NCBI GenBank assembly: GCA_964403535.1 | Contig: CAYOFN010000002.1 | Span: 1-53,549, forward strand | Reading direction: 5' to 3' | Source: Candidatus Woesearchaeota archaeon | GTDB taxonomy: Archaea > Nanobdellota > Nanobdellia > Pacearchaeales > GW2011-AR1 | DNA: 53,549 nt | Shown: piece by piece, positions 50,897-53,549 of the stretch | How the letters are laid out: each line of letters opens with the position of its first letter | Numbering within the stretch: the stretch's first letter is position 1 | Notes under the pieces: generated by a model | Seen by the model: the letters and a program-made list of their open reading frames with translations, nothing else | Databases searched by the model: none | Told to the model about the DNA's origin: nothing | Made by a program: the position numbers and the translations under genes

Positions 50897-53549
50897 TTAT
50901 ACCTTCTCACTCTTTTTCACTTTTTTATTGCTTGTTTTCTTTTCACTTTTTGCAGAAGCAAGACTTCCAGTTACTTTAACTAATAATCCTGGCAAACCAG
51001 TTCCAACAGGAACAGGCTGATTCAGTATGATATTCTCAATAACTGAAGCAAGATGATCTTTATTATCTTTTAAAGTAGCATTAACAAATTGTTTTATTGG
51101 TGTTTCAAAACTCGCTCTTGCAAGTATAGATGATTTCTGTGCGATTATTCCCATTCTTGTAACCCCTCTAATATCTCCACTTGAGGTCATTGCATCAGCA
51201 ACCATCTTTAAATGTCTCTCGTCAATATCAAGTCCTTGTGAGTCTATCACTTTCTTGATTTCCAGGATTATCAGTGTTCTTGCAGCTTCAACTCCAAAAA
51301 CTTCTGCAACTTCATGCAAGTCATTACTCTTTGTCTTGTTTTTGTCAACACCTTTAATCTCAAGAATCTCCTTTAAATTAGAACCAGCAGTGATAATCAC
51401 ATAATTACTCTCTCTTTTTACAACAAGTATTTGTTCAATGCCTTTTATTCCTGAGATAATAGTCTCTTTTATTTTTTCTTTTAATTTGTAAATCTCTTTA
51501 AAGTCTAGTGACTCTGTGTCAAATACAAGTGAATTTGCTTTCTCTCTGTTTTTATACCCTTTATCTTTTAATTTTTTTGATATTGTGCTTACGGTTGTAT
51601 GAACCTCCCTAATAGAGCCTAGATTTATTACAGCCTCTATTTTTTTATCTCCAAAATTAACTTTAATTTCTTCAACAACATCCTTTAATTTTGATTCCTG
51701 TATTTTTTGAGCAATTATTCTTGCTTCTTTTTCATTATTATATTCTTTTTCAAGATAAATTTCCATGCTTGGAGTTGAAGGTTTTTTTCTTGCATCAAAA
51801 ATTTCAATTAATCTTGGAAGTCCAAGTGTAATCTGCATCTCCTGAACTCCTGCAAAATGGAAAACATTTAGTGCCATTTGAGTACTTGGTTCACCAAAAC
51901 TCTGTGCAGTTAACATTCCAATTGCTTCTCCAGGACAGATTTGTTTTTCTTTATGCAAATTAATAACATCAATTCCATCATCTCCATATGCAAACTGGAC
52001 TATTCTTCCAGAAGCATCTCTTACTGTATGGTCATACTCTACTCTTAAGTCCTGCAGAGCATTTGCAAGCCTTCTATAAAGGTAACCAGATTTAGGAGTT
52101 CTTAAAGCAGTATCCATCAGTGCATCTCTTCCAGTTATTGCACCAAAGAAAAATTCAAAAGGTTCAAGCCCTTTGATAAATGAAGAGTAAATAAATCCTC
52201 TTGACTTTGGACTTAAATCTCCTTCTTTAAAAAAAGAAAGAGTTCTATTTTTATACCCCATACTGATTCTTTTTGCCCATAATGCCTGCTGTCCAACACA
52301 ACAAGCCATTTGAGTGATATTCAGCACATTTCCTCCAGCTCCAGAAGAAATCATAATACTGACTGGATTGTCTTTTGGAAATTCCTCTTTTACAATCTCC
52401 CCAACTTTTGTTCTTACTTCATTTAAAATTTGAAGAATTTTGATTTCTCTTGACTCTTCTTTTGTTTTTCCAGGTATAGGCTCTATTGAATTATTGTAAT
52501 ACGCCTCAATAACCTTGTTAGTTTTTTCTTCAGAATTCTTAATTATTTCCTCAGTTTTCTTTTTTACTCCCTCTTTAACATTTAAATCCTCAATAGAAAT
52601 AGTAAACCCTCTCTTTGAAAGATAATTCATTCCAAGAGCAAAAGCATTTCTTATTACCTCAATTGTTTTGTTTCTCCCACACATCTTATCAATATGTTTT
52701 ATTACTGCTCCATTCTCAACTCCAAAAACATTTTCATCTACATCTCCTTCTATAATCTTGCCTTTTTTAACAACAAAATTCTTGTCTGTTCTTGTTTTTC
52801 CAGTATAATCAATTTCTGGGAAAACCTGGGAGATAATCTCACTTCCTAAAATTGTTTTTTTATTAATCTCCCCCCCTATTCCAGATTGAAAGAGAAGTTG
52901 TGAAGCTTCACCCTTTTCAAATTCGCTGAGATTAAGAAGATAATCTCCAGTTATCGCATCAGCAATACATCCAATCAAATTAGAATTATTTTTAGGAGAC
53001 ATTAAATTCTGCTTTACATCCAAAAGAACTCTTGCCTCTGCTCTAGCTTCCTCTCCCTGAGGAGAGTGAACATTCATTTCATCTCCATCAAAATCTGCAT
53101 TATATGGAAATGCAGTAGCAGGATGAAGTCTAAATGTTTTATGTGGAAGAACTCTTACAAAATGCGCCATTAAACTTGCCTTATGCAAAGATGGATGTCT
53201 GTTAAACAATACAACATCTCCGTCTTTTAAATGCCTCTCAACAATATACCCGGGATGAATCTCATCAGTTATCTCTTGTTTTAATTCAGGAGTTATTCTT
53301 TTTCTTTTACCATCTGGCCTGATTATATAATTTGCTCCAGGATAACTATCTGAGTTTATTAATTTTCTCAATTTCTCAATGTTCTTTGTAGTTACAGACT
53401 CGTTTACAGTAAGAACCTCTGCAATTTCTTGAGGAACACCAATCTCATTTATATCCAAGTAAGGATCTGGAGAGATTACTGTTCTGCTGGAAAAGTTGAC
53501 TCTTTTTCCTGCAAGATTATGTCTTATTCTTCCTTCTTTTCCTTTTATT
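50897..53549 (-). CDS. rpoA: DNA-directed RNA polymerase largest subunit, unsplit A'-A'' fusion (N-terminus beyond the window end)
   Basis: The frame is open from 53549 (IKGKEGRIRHNLAGKRVNFSSRTVISPDPYLDINEIGVP). Catalytic NADFDGDEMN. Bridge-helix region GRDALMDTALRTPKSGYLYRRL. It continues without a stop through YGDDGIDVINLHKEKQICPGEAIGMLTAQSFGEPSTQMALNVFHFAGV...GLPRLIEIFDARKKPSTP, which are A''-type trigger-loop motifs, to the stop at 50897. Confidence 0.9.
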   Translation of the reverse strand, partial: IKGKEGRIRHNLAGKRVNFSSRTVISPDPYLDINEIGVPQEIAEVLTVNESVTTKNIEKLRKLINSDSYPGANYIIRPDGKRKRITPELKQEITDEIHPGYIVERHLKDGDVVLFNRHPSLHKASLMAHFVRVLPHKTFRLHPATAFPYNADFDGDEMNVHSPQGEEARAEARVLLDVKQNLMSPKNNSNLIGCIADAITGDYLLNLSEFEKGEASQLLFQSGIGGEINKKTILGSEIISQVFPEIDYTGKTRTDKNFVVKKGKIIEGDVDENVFGVENGAVIKHIDKMCGRNKTIEVIRNAFALGMNYLSKRGFTISIEDLNVKEGVKKKTEEIIKNSEEKTNKVIEAYYNNSIEPIPGKTKEESREIKILQILNEVRTKVGEIVKEEFPKDNPVSIMISSGAGGNVLNITQMACCVGQQALWAKRISMGYKNRTLSFFKEGDLSPKSRGFIYSSFIKGLEPFEFFFGAITGRDALMDTALRTPKSGYLYRRLANALQDLRVEYDHTVRDASGRIVQFAYGDDGIDVINLHKEKQICPGEAIGMLTAQSFGEPSTQMALNVFHFAGVQEMQITLGLPRLIEIFDARKKPSTPSMEIYLEKEYNNEKEARIIAQKIQESKLKDVVEEIKVNFGDKKIEAVINLGSIREVHTTVSTISKKLKDKGYKNREKANSLVFDTESLDFKEIYKLKEKIKETIISGIKGIEQILVVKRESNYVIITAGSNLKEILEIKGVDKNKTKSNDLHEVAEVFGVEAARTLIILEIKKVIDSQGLDIDERHLKMVADAMTSSGDIRGVTRMGIIAQKSSILARASFETPIKQFVNATLKDNKDHLASVIENIILNQPVPVGTGLPGLLVKVTGSLASAKSEKKTSNKKVKKSEKV

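Noticed and set aside
43926-53549. Absence of rpl30e (between rpoA and nusA) and rps10 (after tuf) as evidence that these genes are lost
   Set aside because: Only 53.5 kb is visible, and both genes may lie elsewhere in the genome. I report this only as a local synteny difference.

Overview
A 53.5-kb, visibly AT-rich, densely coding archaeal segment. The archaeal assignment rests on DnaG-type primase, aEF-1alpha and aEF-2, a NusA-S12-S7 cluster, RpoA, DtdA, a TrmB regulator, and an initiator tRNA with an A1:U72 pair. Small proteins, many leaderless-type promoters and a giant surface protein suggest a reduced, possibly DPANN-like episymbiotic archaeon; that is inference only.

Layout:
- 1-11751 (-): one giant ORF of at least 3917 codons. 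It is missing from the ORF track because it has no stop inside the window. It encodes a membrane-anchored, sequon-rich surface protein.
- 12-23 kb: housekeeping genes (argS, MtaB-like methylthiotransferase, TrmB regulator, ileS, diphthine synthase, Sua5/YrdC, DtdA) plus a RelE/RHH toxin-antitoxin pair.
- 23.2-24.8 kb: a wHTH-nucleotidyltransferase / HEPN / GNAT trio. The GNAT ORF is bracketed by a perfect 17-bp direct repeat.
- 24.8-30.5 kb (-): two-subunit 2-oxoacid:ferredoxin oxidoreductase, AMP-forming acetyl-CoA synthetase, a hexapeptide acetyltransferase and a CYTH protein.
- 31-35 kb: small genes, tRNA-Ser(GCU) with an upstream duplicated 5' half, Dph6 translationally coupled to a class I glutamine amidotransferase, tRNA-iMet and RNase HII.
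- 35.7-38.6 kb: a 953-aa SMC-headed protein with no hinge. It has a CPLC motif at the exact midpoint of its coiled coil.
- 38.6-43.3 kb: a tightly coupled pair of unknown genes, an S-layer-like protein, an RHH protein, an Nfo-like TIM barrel and DnaG.
- 43.3-43.9 kb: a 650-bp non-coding AT-rich gap holding a 24-codon acidic micro-ORF.
- 43.9-53.5 kb (-): the conserved rpoA-nusA-S12-S7-EF2-EF1alpha cluster. rpoA is unsplit (A'-A'' fused), and four unrecognisable small genes sit at junctions that are normally contiguous.

No rRNA, CRISPR array, transposase or integrase was seen.

Caveat: everything was read by eye. My own coordinates (tRNAs, repeats, motifs) may be off by 1-2 nt, and homopolymer counts are unreliable. 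Near 16080 my reading disagreed by 1 nt with the ORF track, and I trust the track.
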